Assembly: GCF_964355755.1 (NCBI RefSeq)
Contig: NC_092679.1
Span: forward strand, 16,785,432 to 16,849,431
Reading direction: 5' to 3'
Origin: Antedon mediterranea
Taxonomy: Eukaryota; Animalia; Echinodermata
Length of the DNA: 64,000 nt
Shown here: one piece after another, positions 1 through 12,272 of the stretch
Numbering within the stretch: the stretch's first letter is position 1
How the letters are laid out: the number at the start of each line of letters is the position of its first letter
Made by a program: the position numbers and the translations under genes
The notes under the pieces: model-generated
Seen by the model: only the letters and a program-made list of their open reading frames with translations
Told to the model about the DNA's origin: nothing
Databases searched by the model: none

Positions 1-810
1 CTGTAACTGTTCAAAAAAGCCGTCTTGACTGCGACGAGGTGATAGTGGCCTGGAAAAAGATCGGATGTCATCAGGTCAACGCGGCCAAAACTTCCCTGTC
101 CAAGACGTACAGGATTACTAAGGTGGGAAACACTTGAACTAACTAATAACCGAGCAGGCGGCAGAATGTCAGCAAGTTTTATTGTAGCCTCTATATCGTT
201 AAGGATGGGTTTAGGTGTTGAAGTGGTGGTGTTACTTTTCGAAGAACGGGACGAACCATTGAAGCTACTGGCAGGTGACAATGGCCATTGCGATGATAAC
301 GATGATGACACACTACAAAGACGTTTCCTTTCTGGTATCTCACCGGGTGATAACTCTGATGTTGGTTGTCTGAAAATGCGCTGGACCGGAGCGGTAGACG
401 ATGAAGATGATGATGACGACGAGGAGCTATAAACACGTTGCTTTGGAAGAATCACCTCCCCTGGTGATAGACCTGGTGTGGTAAGTATCTGGCCAGGAGA
501 AAGCGCGAATTTTAAAGATGACGATTTGGATGACATTGGCCACAGAGACGAATGTGATCTTGATGACTTTGATAGAGACTTTGATGATGACTGTCGTACT
601 GATACGTATACCCCTGGCAGTGATGCCGGTGATGCCGACACTGTGCCCGCTGATAGAGATGATGATGATGATAATGACGACGATGACGTTCTTAAGTTGC
701 TATCCGATGATTCGTCACTTTTGATACACAAAAGATGAAGCACTGCTGCCCAAATCCTTCCAAATACTGACTTTCTTCTTACTTGCTGGGGTGCATCTGG
801 TTGAGATCTA
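1..810 (-). CDS. Protein kinase gene, coding exon 2 (partial, runs off window): Ser-rich N-terminus then start of kinase domain
   Basis: Open frame from the AG acceptor at 812/811 to base 1. It translates ...PVRLGQGSFGRVDLMTSDLFPGHYHLVAVKTAFLNSY, giving the GxGxFG loop (subdomain I) and VAVK lysine (subdomain II), preceded by ~230 aa rich in Ser/Pro. Phase matches exon 2087-2154. Confidence 0.85.
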
Positions 811-899
811 CTTAATTTGGAAAAAAATTTACAATAGATTTATTCAATAATAATTTAATATAAGATCTGTATAATAAGATTAAGAATATGCTCCCCCAG

Positions 900-2075
900 C
901 TATCTTGGTATTGGTAGGCCTTAGACTACAGTATATTATCAGGCGTACACAACTATAAGTAACCTTATTATTACTACTACTAGAGCTAGTCTTGTGTGTG
1001 GTACTTAGAACTTACGTAAGCTGTCTACTTCCTACTAGTAGTCCTAGACTACAGAGAGGCCCAATAGCTAGTCTAGTAGGCCCTTACGGCCATATCTTGA
1101 ACTGTAAATCATACCCAACTAATAATAAATGTTTATGTTAGGTTAAGGCCGTAAGGGCAAGGGTCTATTATTATTATTTACTATTAGTATTACTGCTAGG
1201 GGAGGCTAGTTTAATAGTTAGGCTATTTGTAGACTAGACTTGGTGAATCTGGTAGACTATCTAGGCCTAATTAGTAATAATAAGTAGGCCTATTCTATGG
1301 TTACCGTATGCTAGTACTACTTACTACGCTAGCCTAGGCCTAGACTAGTAGTAGTAGTACTAGTAGTAGTCCCTAGCTAGCTAGCTAGCTAACCTCTAAG
1401 CCTAATTGATAGGCCCTAACCTAGCTAGGCTTCTTAGGAGGCCTAAAGCATATCATATCCAGTTAGCCTAACTAGTAGGCTCACCTCTATCTAGCTAGGC
1501 TAGGCTAGCTAGCTAGCTAAGCCCTAGTTAGAAGTCTAGCCTATCTATATTTTAGGTAGGCCTAGGCCTATCTTAACGCTAGCTAGATGCCCTACTAATA
1601 CTAGGCCTAGTAGGCTATCTAGGCTAGGCCTACTACTAGACTAGTACTAGTCTAGGCCTATGTAGAGTAGGCTACTATTTACTAAGTACTAGACTAGGCC
1701 TAGGCATATTATTATTAGTAGGCATAAGCCTCTAGACTAGGCCTAGGCCTAAACCTAGGTCTAGGCCTAGCTAGCCTAGGGCCTAGGCTACTACTGTACT
1801 AGCCTAGCCTAGTAGGTTAGGCTAGAGGGGCCTAGTTAGGTAGGCATAAATTAATACTAATAATAGGAGGCCTAGGCTAGGCCTAGGCCTAGGCCTAGGT
1901 AGGCTAGGGCCTACTACTACTATCTAGGGCCAGGCCTAGGCTAGGCCTATAACAAAGTCTACTAGCTAGGCCTAGGCTAGCGGCCTAGGCCTCGGCCTAG
2001 TATTGGTATAAACAAACTCTTTTTTTTCAGAAAGTCCTAACATTAGAAAGGCCTAGCCTAGTAGGCTAGAGCCGG
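900..2075. repeat. Low-complexity CTAG/TAGGCCTA/TAGCCTA-saturated first intron
   Basis: Non-periodic mosaic of taggccta, ctagctag and tagtagtag words filling the kinase intron; density rises toward the donor. Confidence 0.9.
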
Positions 2076-2086
2076 TAGTAGCTTAC

Positions 2087-2154
2087 CCTTCTTCTTCTTG
2101 TGACTGGTCCATCATGATTCCTTCTTGTTGAAGCTCAATCGATTTGTTGGCCAT
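2087..2154 (-). CDS. Protein kinase gene, first coding exon
   Basis: ATG at 2154, MANKSIELQQEGIMMDQSQEEE + GG, then GTAAGC donor (2086-2081). Phase 2 joins in frame to exon 810..1 (GG+T AGA TCT). Confidence 0.75.
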
Positions 2155-2690
2155 ACTTTTTGTGGTCTAACTCTTAAGAATCTTAGAATTTTCGAATTCG
2201 AATTTTGCTTAGCAACACGTTATGTGTAGACTGCAGCACGTTAAAAACAACTGGTAGAGAGAGAAATCTCAGGTTGTTGTCGATTTTTAGCTGGTCGATG
2301 CGCTGCTTATATAGATAATTTTGAGCGCGTGTGCGTTCACATGTTCGAAATGCATCTTTTTGTTCTACGCGCGGTTCTAACGATCGAAACGTTCTATGGT
2401 TGCCAGGATACAGTATTCGAAATTCCATCGATTTCCATTTTCAGTAGGCCTATTGCAAAAAAAAAAAAAACCAAAGAACTTTTTCAAAAAAGGCTTACGG
2501 AAGGTCTACCTAAATTTCCTAAAATGTTACCTGCTAAATAACAGTGGAACACATAATATTAAATAAATATGGCAGCATTGCACCAGGAGAAAGAAACGGC
2601 CGGATTTCAATTTCAGGAAGGTTGACCCCTTTTCTCGGTGAATCTTCTTCCGATTCAAAATAAAAATTGCACTCGGTCCCGCTTTCTTGA
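2155..2690. promoter_or_regulatory. Probable bidirectional promoter and non-coding first exon of the MAGUK gene
   Basis: CpG-retaining segment between the kinase ATG (minus) and a plus-strand donor TGA|GTAAGT at 2691; YY1-like AAATATGGCAGC at ~2565; short uORF 2569-2625. TSS not directly visible. Confidence 0.55.
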
Positions 2691-3163
2691 GTAAGTAGGC
2701 CTAGTTTAGGCCTGGACCTAGCCTAGTTTTAATCAATAATGCCTACTTTAAATAGTCATAATTATGTTTTGCCTAAAAATGTGAAACTTTTAATAAACAA
2801 CGAAAATGAATAGAGAAACACTGTCCGAATGAATCTGTGAATGTGTTTGTCTTAAAAGTAGATTGCAATAATTTTTAAAGCTAGTGTATTGCTAAGTTCT
2901 AACACGCTTCATACGTATTGTTCTTTTAATTATTTTTGCTCTATTTAAAATTATTGTCTAAAATATGGCGTAATTTATTTTATTTTATTTAGTCAATTTC
3001 TGCCATATACAATACAAAAAAAAAGACAAAACGAAAATATAAAAGGCAAGAAATTGCCAAACAGGTGCTAAATTCCTATGGCCTACTAATCGAATATCAT
3101 GCCTGTAGTTTTAAAACAGAAACGGAACATTTAGAGTAAACGGCTGGCTTTCTTGATCATACT

Positions 3164-4011
3164 CAGGGGCGGATTGCAGGACTATTTTAGGGGTTGCCTA
3201 ATAGTCCAAGGCCGTAGATATCGAGTATTTGCGCCACAGGTCCGAACCATGTAAGGCCTGTGGGAAAGCGAATTTTGTAGGCTTATTAATTAATAATTAA
3301 AGCAAGTTAGACAAAAAATATGAAGCAGCTGCTACTAAATATTGAACTAAACATTAAAAAGTTAAATTGTTATTATTTTGAAATAAATGCTAAATAAGCA
3401 TTTTCACTTATCCAATCTGTACAACACAGTGTTGCTTAAACCACCCTCCAGAGAAAACTGAGAAAATATTATCGAAATTTTCAGAAGCAATTGAATACTG
3501 GAGTTATTTCAGTTCGGAAATTCCGTAATTAGGCTACTAGCGTACTACGAACATTCGGCCCAATTATATACGGGACGGACGTAAGGAAATGATAAATAGG
3601 GTACTACGGAAATACTTTAGGTCTATGATGGGGAACTCCGGCAAAATGCAATCAAATCAACGACCCATATGAAAGGGCTTTCCACAAACACAGTGTGTAG
3701 TGGCCTTTCGTACCTTCATAACGCACACAAGCAATCCAAATAGTCAGAAAATTAGCATGTTCAGAAACATAAAAACTACAAAAAAACATACGCTAAACCG
3801 CCGGTAAATTGTGAGCGGTATTGTTGACTGCAGTGTTTAATTTTACGCTACCTGTCAATTTACAATGGATTTTCCAATCCCGGACTTCTATAACGTTTTT
3901 GGTTATTATTATGATGAAATTGGATCTAAATTTTAATTTAGTGACAGAAAAAACATTTAGTATGAAATTACCGGGCAACTGGAGAAACACCTGCAGCTGC
4001 GTCCGCCCCTG
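3164..4011. mobile_element. hAT-like non-autonomous element (degenerate)
   Basis: Termini CAGGGGCGGA...TCCGCCCCTG; TSD not recognisable. Confidence 0.45.
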
Positions 4012-5679
4012 AAGCACAACGAAAACTGGGAATCTGGAAATTTCAATGTTCCAACCATAAATAATAATGTATTCATTGCTATCTACTTCATCTATTTACA
4101 TGTATTAATATTTATTATTGATATTGTTAATCACGCATGTTTTAGTTGTTTTGTACTGTATTGTGTGTACTACTCAAGCAGGTGACGCATTATACCACCA
4201 GTGGGAGTAATGACGATAATTATAAAAGCCATAATAAATAAGAGAAATTCGCCTCCTCGACGAGAGAGGGCTATAATTCAGGATGCAATAGCTTGGTGGT
4301 TTTTAGATTATTGACATAATAATACGTTAATAAAACCTATTTAAAATCTACCTTTTCTAATAATTGAAGGATAATACCTGTGGAATAAATTCCAGAACGC
4401 AATTATAGGTATGTTTACAGTGAATTATTAGATTTACTTGTTATTTATCATCATACACTAACGTCAATTCAGGTCCGTTTGAATTTTGTTCCTAGCCCAA
4501 CAGTCTGGTTTCCTCTCTCTCATCTCTCAGTACACCTGTGGTGATGTGACGTGATGTAAAAATATACTCTCCTGTTGGTTTACTTTAGGCTAGGCCGGCT
4601 TAGTATTAGGAAGGAGTAGGGGGCGCGCCTATGACATAAGTGTTTTGCCATGCCATGTTATTACTTATGTCTAGTAGGTCGTATTTAACTTGGCAACCAA
4701 AAATACTACTTGATAATAATAATAAATGGTAATGTATTTTTTTCCTTCAAATGAATGAGCCTTGATTGAGGAGTGCAGTTGTATTGTATGTAGTGGTGGT
4801 GGTAGCCTCTTCTCTAGTCTACTACTACTACTACTAGTGGCCTATAGGCCTAGTAATACTACCAAGTAGGCCAGTCACTCAGTTAAGTATCATTTAGTGT
4901 GGTAAAAAGAATTGACTTTGGAAAATTGGGACCTCCAAGTCTTATTTTAGGTCTACACAGAGTGTCAGTACAACGGTGATATTTATTTTTGTTGCCATTT
5001 TTTTTTTTCACCTAGAGCTAGTCCTGCAATACAGTACACATAATTGCAAATGCTAACTTTACTCCCTCTACCACTATATTTAGCCTTGACCGACCTAGAA
5101 GGGTTTATTATTTGGTACGTTCTTTTGAGTGATGATAACCAGTAATTATTAACAGCATTTTTAGCTAGCGAAACTCCAAACCTATTAAAAATCATTTGAG
5201 GACAATATTATTTTAATGAAAATGTTTCCATTCAGTTTTGTACACGAATATATTGTATGTACTTGAATACATGACATCAAGTAATCCACAACTATATAAA
5301 ATATTTCATAAACAACAAATAAAACTACAGGAAGTTGAAACCTATTTTAATGTACTTAACTGTAGTAAAATTAGGACACATCAAGTACTATACATTAATC
5401 ATTGTTCCAAGTGTTTTTATATAGATTGTTGTAATGTAAAACTGTTGAACTGTACACAATTAGGACAATGAGAAGGCTTTGTTCTTGTAAGTGCTCTTGG
5501 TATGCGTACTGTTATACTTTGTTCTGAAGAATTTAATTCATTGTTTTTTGGGGGAAAATAAGAAATTACAGACATCCTGGATATCAAAAACATAATTTGA
5601 TTTAGTACAAAATATGAAAATTGTGATAATAGAGTTTTATTGTTTAAAGTTCCATTGTTTTTAGGTTTTAAAAGACTAA

Positions 5680-5790
5680 AGCTTTGTCTACACTGTCAAA
5701 CTACTGTAATTTAATAATCATGTCTATAATAATTGTTTATGGACACATTACTTTTTATTTTTGTCACATACTGTAAAATTTGATAGAGCT
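5680..5790. mobile_element. Harbinger-like MITE family A, degenerate copy
   Basis: AGCTTTGTCTACAC...GAGCT termini, similar to copies at 23092, 42665, 43445, 44792 and 59947. Confidence 0.6.
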
Positions 5791-8700
5791 TTACATTACG
5801 CTGGTGTTGAAAGAGATACTGTACTGTAATGTAGTAATAATTATGTTCAATTTTTTTTAATGATTTTCTTGAGGTGTTTTGATGATGAAAAATGTAATAT
5901 TATTATTAACTGTAAATAAATTAAATTTAGTAATTTTAGTCATTAAAATCTTTATTCTGAAATCTGCATTCAAATGAGTACAGGTTTGATTATTGCAGCC
6001 TGTGTAGGTATAAGTAACTTTTCTACTGTATGCATAAGAAAATCAATACCAAAATTGTATGTGAACTTTACAGAAGCCATCGTAGTAATTTGTAAACACA
6101 CTGTACAGCAGTCTCAGTACAGACTATTGTAGGTCACCACTTGTTTTGCTACACAAGCACAATCAGTGTAGTACTATAGTTCTCACTGTATGCTCCATAT
6201 TGACATAAGCTGTGAGTTCCTCATATTTTCATTTCATATTAAGTATTGATCTGAGAATAATAACAAAAGCTTGTGAATATGGTGGTTACTTTAACAATGC
6301 TTTACCAACAGTGGGTTAGTTATTATAATTGATGGAAAAACATTGAGTAGTAGGACTAGTAGCAATAATGTTGAATATCTCATTATTTCCTTGTATAGTA
6401 ATAGTAAATTGTTTGGTGATTTGTGTCTTCTAAACACCTTTTTATTAACTGATAATGTAGTCTACTGTATTTCATGCATTCCTACAGTACACCTACTGAA
6501 CAGAACTGATAGCTTTATGCACCTGGATAAACCGAGCACAGTCTGTCCGAAGAAGAATTTCGGTTGAGCACTCTATCAGATAATGCCTGGTGTCATCTGC
6601 AAGCGTAAACCATCCTACCTGCCCCTCCCCCACAAAAAAAAAAAAAAAAAATCATTATCCAGACTAAGAAATCAGAACAAATTAACCAACAATTTAAGAG
6701 TACTATACTTTTTAATTTTCACTTCATTAATTATTTGTTATGCTTCTTTCATTTTCTGTTGATTGTTCAGCACTTAGAGAGGCACCCTGCATTTCGCGAT
6801 ACAGTATATACTGTACATTGAACATTATTATTAGTAAAGATTATAAATTGGTCAAATTTTCTTGTACAGTATTTAAAAAAACAATTTCTTGTGATTAAAT
6901 TAAAATTAAGTGAGTCACTGTTCAGTAGCTTGTAGTATATCTTTTTAAAAAGAATATTTATATGTATGCTACTACGTAACTGTAGTACTACTACAGTAAC
7001 TGTATACAAATTCCTGTAGTTTAGTTTGTACTCTGTACAGTAGTGTGTATAGTAGATAGGAGACAGTCTACTGTATTACAGAGATCAAAGTTCTTACAGC
7101 AAAACTGTAATTTGTCACATTGACGAAATGTTTCCTAACAAAAATGGCACTGTTAAAGTGTGATGAATGTTTGAACCTACACAGGTATTATGTATAGCTG
7201 TAATGTCAAGGTGATCATCACTGTTTGACTGACTGTTTACCACTCCATTCACTTGCTATAGTTTGTCTACCAACTACTGTACATAAAAAGGAACAACTGT
7301 TCTGTGAACTTCATAAAGAAATAGGTCAGACTGAATCTCAGTTGACAGTTCGCAATGCTTTTTTTTTATTATACAGTATGGGGTATGGCCAGTACAGTAA
7401 GCCAATTATTTATAGTTAATCTATAGTACTACTGTATACTTGTAAGATTACATGTACCTACTGTATTGTATGTACAGTAGCAATACTATTTTACAGTTGG
7501 CAGTGACTGTCGTACAACAGAATTAAATACCTACAGTAATGAATTTCTTAAGCCTAGAGTTTGTACAGGAGTCCCACATTTTTTGTGAATGTCCCACATT
7601 TAAGTTTATTTGTTATTGCTGTCCTATAATATATGCATGCCTATAGGATATTATGAAATGAAATTTTGCACAGATTTCTATACATGACATTGACAATGCA
7701 GTTGTATACTGTAAACAAAGTCACCATTTTAGAAAATAACCCATATATAGGTATACTGTAATTTAATAGCAATGAAATGGAATAATAACAGTGCCTGGTT
7801 TCCATGTTGTCCTATAACATCTATTTTTAAAAAGGTACCGGTAGACTAGAATAGAACAGAACACAATTTGGGACCTTAAGAATTTAAGTCTTTTTGGGAG
7901 TGGTTTGGTCTGGTTACTACAGTACAGTAAGTCTCTGTTATTTGGATACAGGTACTTACTGTACCCTAGTCATGACGGTGTACTGTACAGTCCATTTTAG
8001 AATCCTACTGTACATTCTGTACAGTATTAACAACTTTCAAGTACAGTACAGTAGTTTAACTTGGTACTTTCCTCATACAGTAAAACAAACACTAGAAGAA
8101 AGTAACATTTATTAACACGTTGATAAACACAAGGTTTGTGTGTTGTACTATTTGGATATTATAATCCAAGGGCAGCAGTGAACAACAGGCCACAATGGGT
8201 TAACTTCTGCATCCATTTGATGCCTGTTATTAATCAAGCTACAGCTGTATGATGATTGATCGAGTGGAAGAAATATTAATATAAATACAGTAGAAAGAAA
8301 GAAAGTACTATGAATGCCAAGTCATTGCTAATAAACTGTAAAGATTTACTGTGATGTCAAAACGATTCATTATATTGGATCTTGTAATACAGTAGCACCA
8401 TTACCTGCAAAATTGGTGTTATTGAATGTTAGCAAGGATTTACTGTTCTTGTTTGTTCTCAATGTTATCCAACTGAATAGATTGACGATAGATATTTTAT
8501 TTAAGGGTACATATACTGTAGTATACATTTGATTCATCTCGATTCTTGTATAATGTTAACATCAATAGAATTTGCCATACAGTACTATGTACTGCGTGCG
8601 TTGGTCTCTTTAAAGCCAAACGAAGCTGTATAATGTGATTGAGTGCAGGTAAAGCGTTAGAGCCAAAATTTGCAAAAACTAATGCAAAAGGAAAATTGAC

Positions 8701-8827
8701 AAAGACAAGAGTGTAACATTAAATCTGTACGGATGTTTTTACCGAAGCTACAGTATACTGTGATTGAGTGCATGTGAAGCGTCGGAGCCAAAATGTAATG
8801 TACAGTACAATTTAAAGGAGAATTGAC

Positions 8828-9163
8828 TTGAAAGCTCTCCTACCCCATCTGGCAAATCGCCATGTTCTCCCTAATTCCATTAATACAACTGTGGTTGCTC
8901 ACATAAATAGCAAGGGGGCATGTGGTCCCCGACACTGTGCTACCACACATCGACGTTACTAATGTGGTGCACAGACCACAACGTAGAAAGCTCAGTGGCC
9001 CAAGTTGCGAACTTGGGAGCGGACACTCTGTCCCAACCCACATCTACGTCCTACGGAATGGCGTCTCCTTCCGCCGTTTACGGAACCACTTTAAGCGGCC
9101 CCACATAGATCTATTTGTGACGTCAGGCAGCATACATCTTCCGGCGTTTTGTAGTCGATATCA
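8828..9163 (+). mobile_element. Degenerate DIRS RNase H/methyltransferase fragment
   Basis: Translates NTTVVAHIN..SPTLCYHTSTLLMWC..ADTLS..HFKRPHIDLFVTSGSIHLPAFCSRY, homologous to 16907-17210 of the full DIRS; flanked by an AGAATTGAC direct repeat (8819-8827, 9164-9172). Confidence 0.85.
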
Positions 9164-9284
9164 AGAATTGACGAAAACAAGATTGTAACATTATAACTGG
9201 TCTTGATTTGGATTTAACTTTACTGTATCTAATTATCTTTTTTTCTTCAGAATTTGCTTGATAATGCATTAAAACGATTATAAG

Positions 9285-9416
9285 ATGGCAGCTGTAAGTG
9301 GAAATTTATACACGGAGTATCCCGGCAGGATGGGCCAGAAAATAATTGTTAATGGACAGATACCGTACCCATCAAATGGAAATGTGCATCACCACAATGG
9401 TTTTGATGACGGCCAG
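9285..9416 (+). CDS. MPP5: MAGUK coding exon 1
   Basis: Acceptor TTCTTCAG at 9250; AAGATGG start, MAAVSGNLYTEYPGRMGQKIIVNGQ...DDGQ; GT donor at 9417; phase 0. Confidence 0.7.
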
Positions 9417-10019
9417 GTAGAATGGATTTTTTTGCCTTTTGTACACTCACAATGATGTGACTTACATTACATGTATAATCTATTGTTATTTTATAATAAT
9501 AATTTAATACTAATAAATAGTGTATTAAATACTGTAGTCTAATTTCAGTGAATTTAAAAGAACATAAATTAGCTTGGCAGAGTGCCTAAGTAATGAGTTT
9601 AAATTTATTTGGTACGCATCAGGGAAAAATTTCATTTGAAAATTTTGTTTAGCAAAATTGCTAATCAAACTGATTTTTTAGTCAAGAAACATAGTTTTGT
9701 ATTGTATTTTTTGCTACACAATTGTAGAAATGTGTAGCAAGAAGGTTGTTTTGTATAGCTTTTTGCTATGCTACACTGGCGAAATTATTCCCTGCGCATT
9801 AATTTTTTGTAAAATATAATTCGTTCTAAATGGCACAATACAGGTACTGTAAATTTAGATTACAATTTACATTTATCAAAATATTTTTTTTTAATGATTT
9901 ATCAGTAATATCTGTCTGGAGTGGAAAATGTTGATTTTACAATATGTATAAGGGTGTATTGTTAAATTCTTAAAAGTCATGGCTAAATTTTGTTTTTGAT
10001 TTTGTCTCTTTTGTTGTAG

Positions 10020-10137
10020 GATGAGGAAGAGTATGAGATATCAATTGGCATGTACAAAAGTGAAGATCGTTTTGGATTTTCTATAATGGGCGGCGTAGAC
10101 GAAGGGTTCATTCCGAGGGTAGACGCTGTTTCTAAAG
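10020..10137 (+). CDS. MPP5: MAGUK exon 2, N-terminal PDZ (first half)
   Basis: DEEEYEISIGMYKSEDRFGFSIMGGVDEGFIPRVDAVSK, with the PDZ carboxylate loop FGFSI.GG; AG/GTATGA boundaries. Confidence 0.8.
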
Positions 10138-11481
10138 GTATGAGCCTAGTCAATCATTTCATTTTAATACAATAGTACTCGTAAATCAATTGGAATTTAT
10201 GTCATTTGCTTGAAGAGATGTAATCTTTTTGAACTTTCGACATACATTTCACATTTATAATCATACACGGTTTAACAAGTACATCCTTCATGTACGCAAA
10301 CAAGATCAATCAAAGATTAACGTTTTCATTCACTGCGCAGTGCATGAAAATCTGCTATAAACCGTCTGAAACATGCTCTACAGTAAAATCAAAAGAACGC
10401 GTATGTGCATTCTAATATATTTTTTTTGTTCAATTTTCGTATGATTATGAGGTGATGTGAAGTTTATGAGCCCTAAACAGTGTATTTATGATTTCCAGTT
10501 GTGAATAGTAACAATGTGCTTTTAGGAAATTGCACATACAGTACAGTACAGTAGATCCCATTACTAATGGAGTCATCTGTGGACTATGTCCTATTTACAT
10601 GTATGACCATGGTAAACATTTTGGTCTTAATGTCTTCAATTGCTAACAGACAGATAGACAAACAAATAAACACACAGACTCGCAAGGTGATCGCATACTG
10701 TAACCTTCTTGGTGGAGGTAATAAATAGGTTCTTCCGTTATGCGGCACTGCTCACAATATCGTCCCAGCAAACTAGATAGACTTCAATGTATGAATTTTA
10801 AAAATAGTTTAATTTTAACACATGTACTACTGTACATATTATACTGTGTAGTATAAATTAATGATACAGTAAACTAATACTTGGACTGCTGCGAGAGTGT
10901 TTAATAGTTGACAGAATATTACTGTATAAGAAGGCCTGCCCACACAGTATCATTGCAATTAAAAAGATCATTCAATAACAAGACCATATACTGTGTACTG
11001 TAAGTGCAATGTCAATGAATAAATAAGCGTCTCATTGAAACAGTTCCACTGCAGTGCATGTAATTTCTCTTCTTCAAATCAAATGAATAATTATGATTTG
11101 GTGATAATGCTGTGAATTTCTTCCAGTTGGTTTACTGTTTTGTTCAAATCGCAGAATGATTTAGAATGCCAGCTGAAGCATAATAACAGTCACAAGAATG
11201 TGATGACAGTGTTACATGGACTTAATTAATTCTAACAGGTTTCCACTCTGCTGTTAAAGTTATTTATGACTCTGTCTATTATTATACAAGATCTTGTAAT
11301 TGGTTCTTTGTATTCCAGATCTATAATGGATCTTTAGTATTCTAGAAGACTGGTTTCTAGTAGATGTCTAAAATAGTCGAAAACCTTCATTTTTTTGGCA
11401 GTAGAAATATAACCAATTTTTTAATAGAGTAGAACCCCTGCTTCTGTAAAGAGGAAAAATAGGAATGTTCAACACCATGAC

Positions 11482-11642
11482 CAACCCCCTATTCAGGAGA
11501 CACACCCTCTATACAGGAAACACACCCCCTATTCAGGAGACACACCCTCTATACAGGAAACACACCCTCTATTCAGGAGACACACCCCCTATTCAGGAGA
11601 CACACCCTCTATACAGGAAACACACCCCCTATTCAGGAGACA
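11482..11642. repeat. 20-bp minisatellite (~8 units) inside a small TIR element
   Basis: Units CCC(C/T)CTAT(T/A)CAGGA(G/A)ACACA, bracketed by AGTAGAACCCCT (11428) and AGGGGTTCTA (11679). Confidence 0.8.
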
Positions 11643-11839
11643 TCCCCTTTCCCTATTTAGGCCTAAAGTTGTCCCCATAGGGGTTCTAATCTAACTGGTT
11701 AGGTGGTGTTAAAATAAAGTCACTTCAATTATTTTACTTTTAGCAAAAGTGCACCAAGAATTTTATATTTGTAAACTTGAATAAAAAGACTTCATGCTCA
11801 CTCCATGTTTTCAGTATTAGTACAGTAACTGTATTTTTT

Positions 11840-12272
11840 TATTTTAACCATATTTAATGAGGGTGATACATCCAGCAGTTGCTGATCATTTGGGACTCTC
11901 AGAACAGATACAATACACAAAATACAACAACAAAAAACCCAAAAAAGTGAAAGAAAAACAAAAATCAAAAAATTAAATTAATTGCATAAGAATAAAAATC
12001 TGAATAATAAGAAAATTTGGAATATAGAAACTAACTGATAATGTTAAATTAAGCAAAAATATATAATATACACAGCAGGCAAAGAACATTAATTCTATAA
12101 ATATTTAGATCTAATATTTTACAATTTAAAATCTAGAAAGGGATTGCATAGTTTTGAGAAAAGTCATAAGTCTAGTTTTGAAAGAGGAAAAGGATAAGGA
12201 ATTGCGGATAGATAGAGGAAGATCATTGTAGAAATGAGGGGCCTTGTAGCTGAAGGAGAGTTTGAAAATTTT
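11840..12272 (-). mobile_element. CR1/L2-type LINE 3' fragment
   Basis: Minus strand 12272-12160 reads KIFKLSFSYKAPHFYNDLPLSIRNSLSFSSFKTRL, typical of the CR1/L2 ORF2 C-terminus, followed by a T-rich UTR. Confidence 0.6.

Noticed and set aside
166-738. Asp-rich plus-strand ORFs 166-432 and 478-738
   Set aside because: Antisense shadows of the Ser codons (TCA/TCG) in the minus-strand kinase exon.
4150-4410. Possible alternative 5' exon ending TAG|GTATGT
   Set aside because: Donor-like site only; cannot be supported without transcripts.
11465-11680. Repetitive 71-aa ORF, or a CRISPR-like array
   Set aside because: 20-bp minisatellite with no unique spacers; eukaryotic context, no cas genes.
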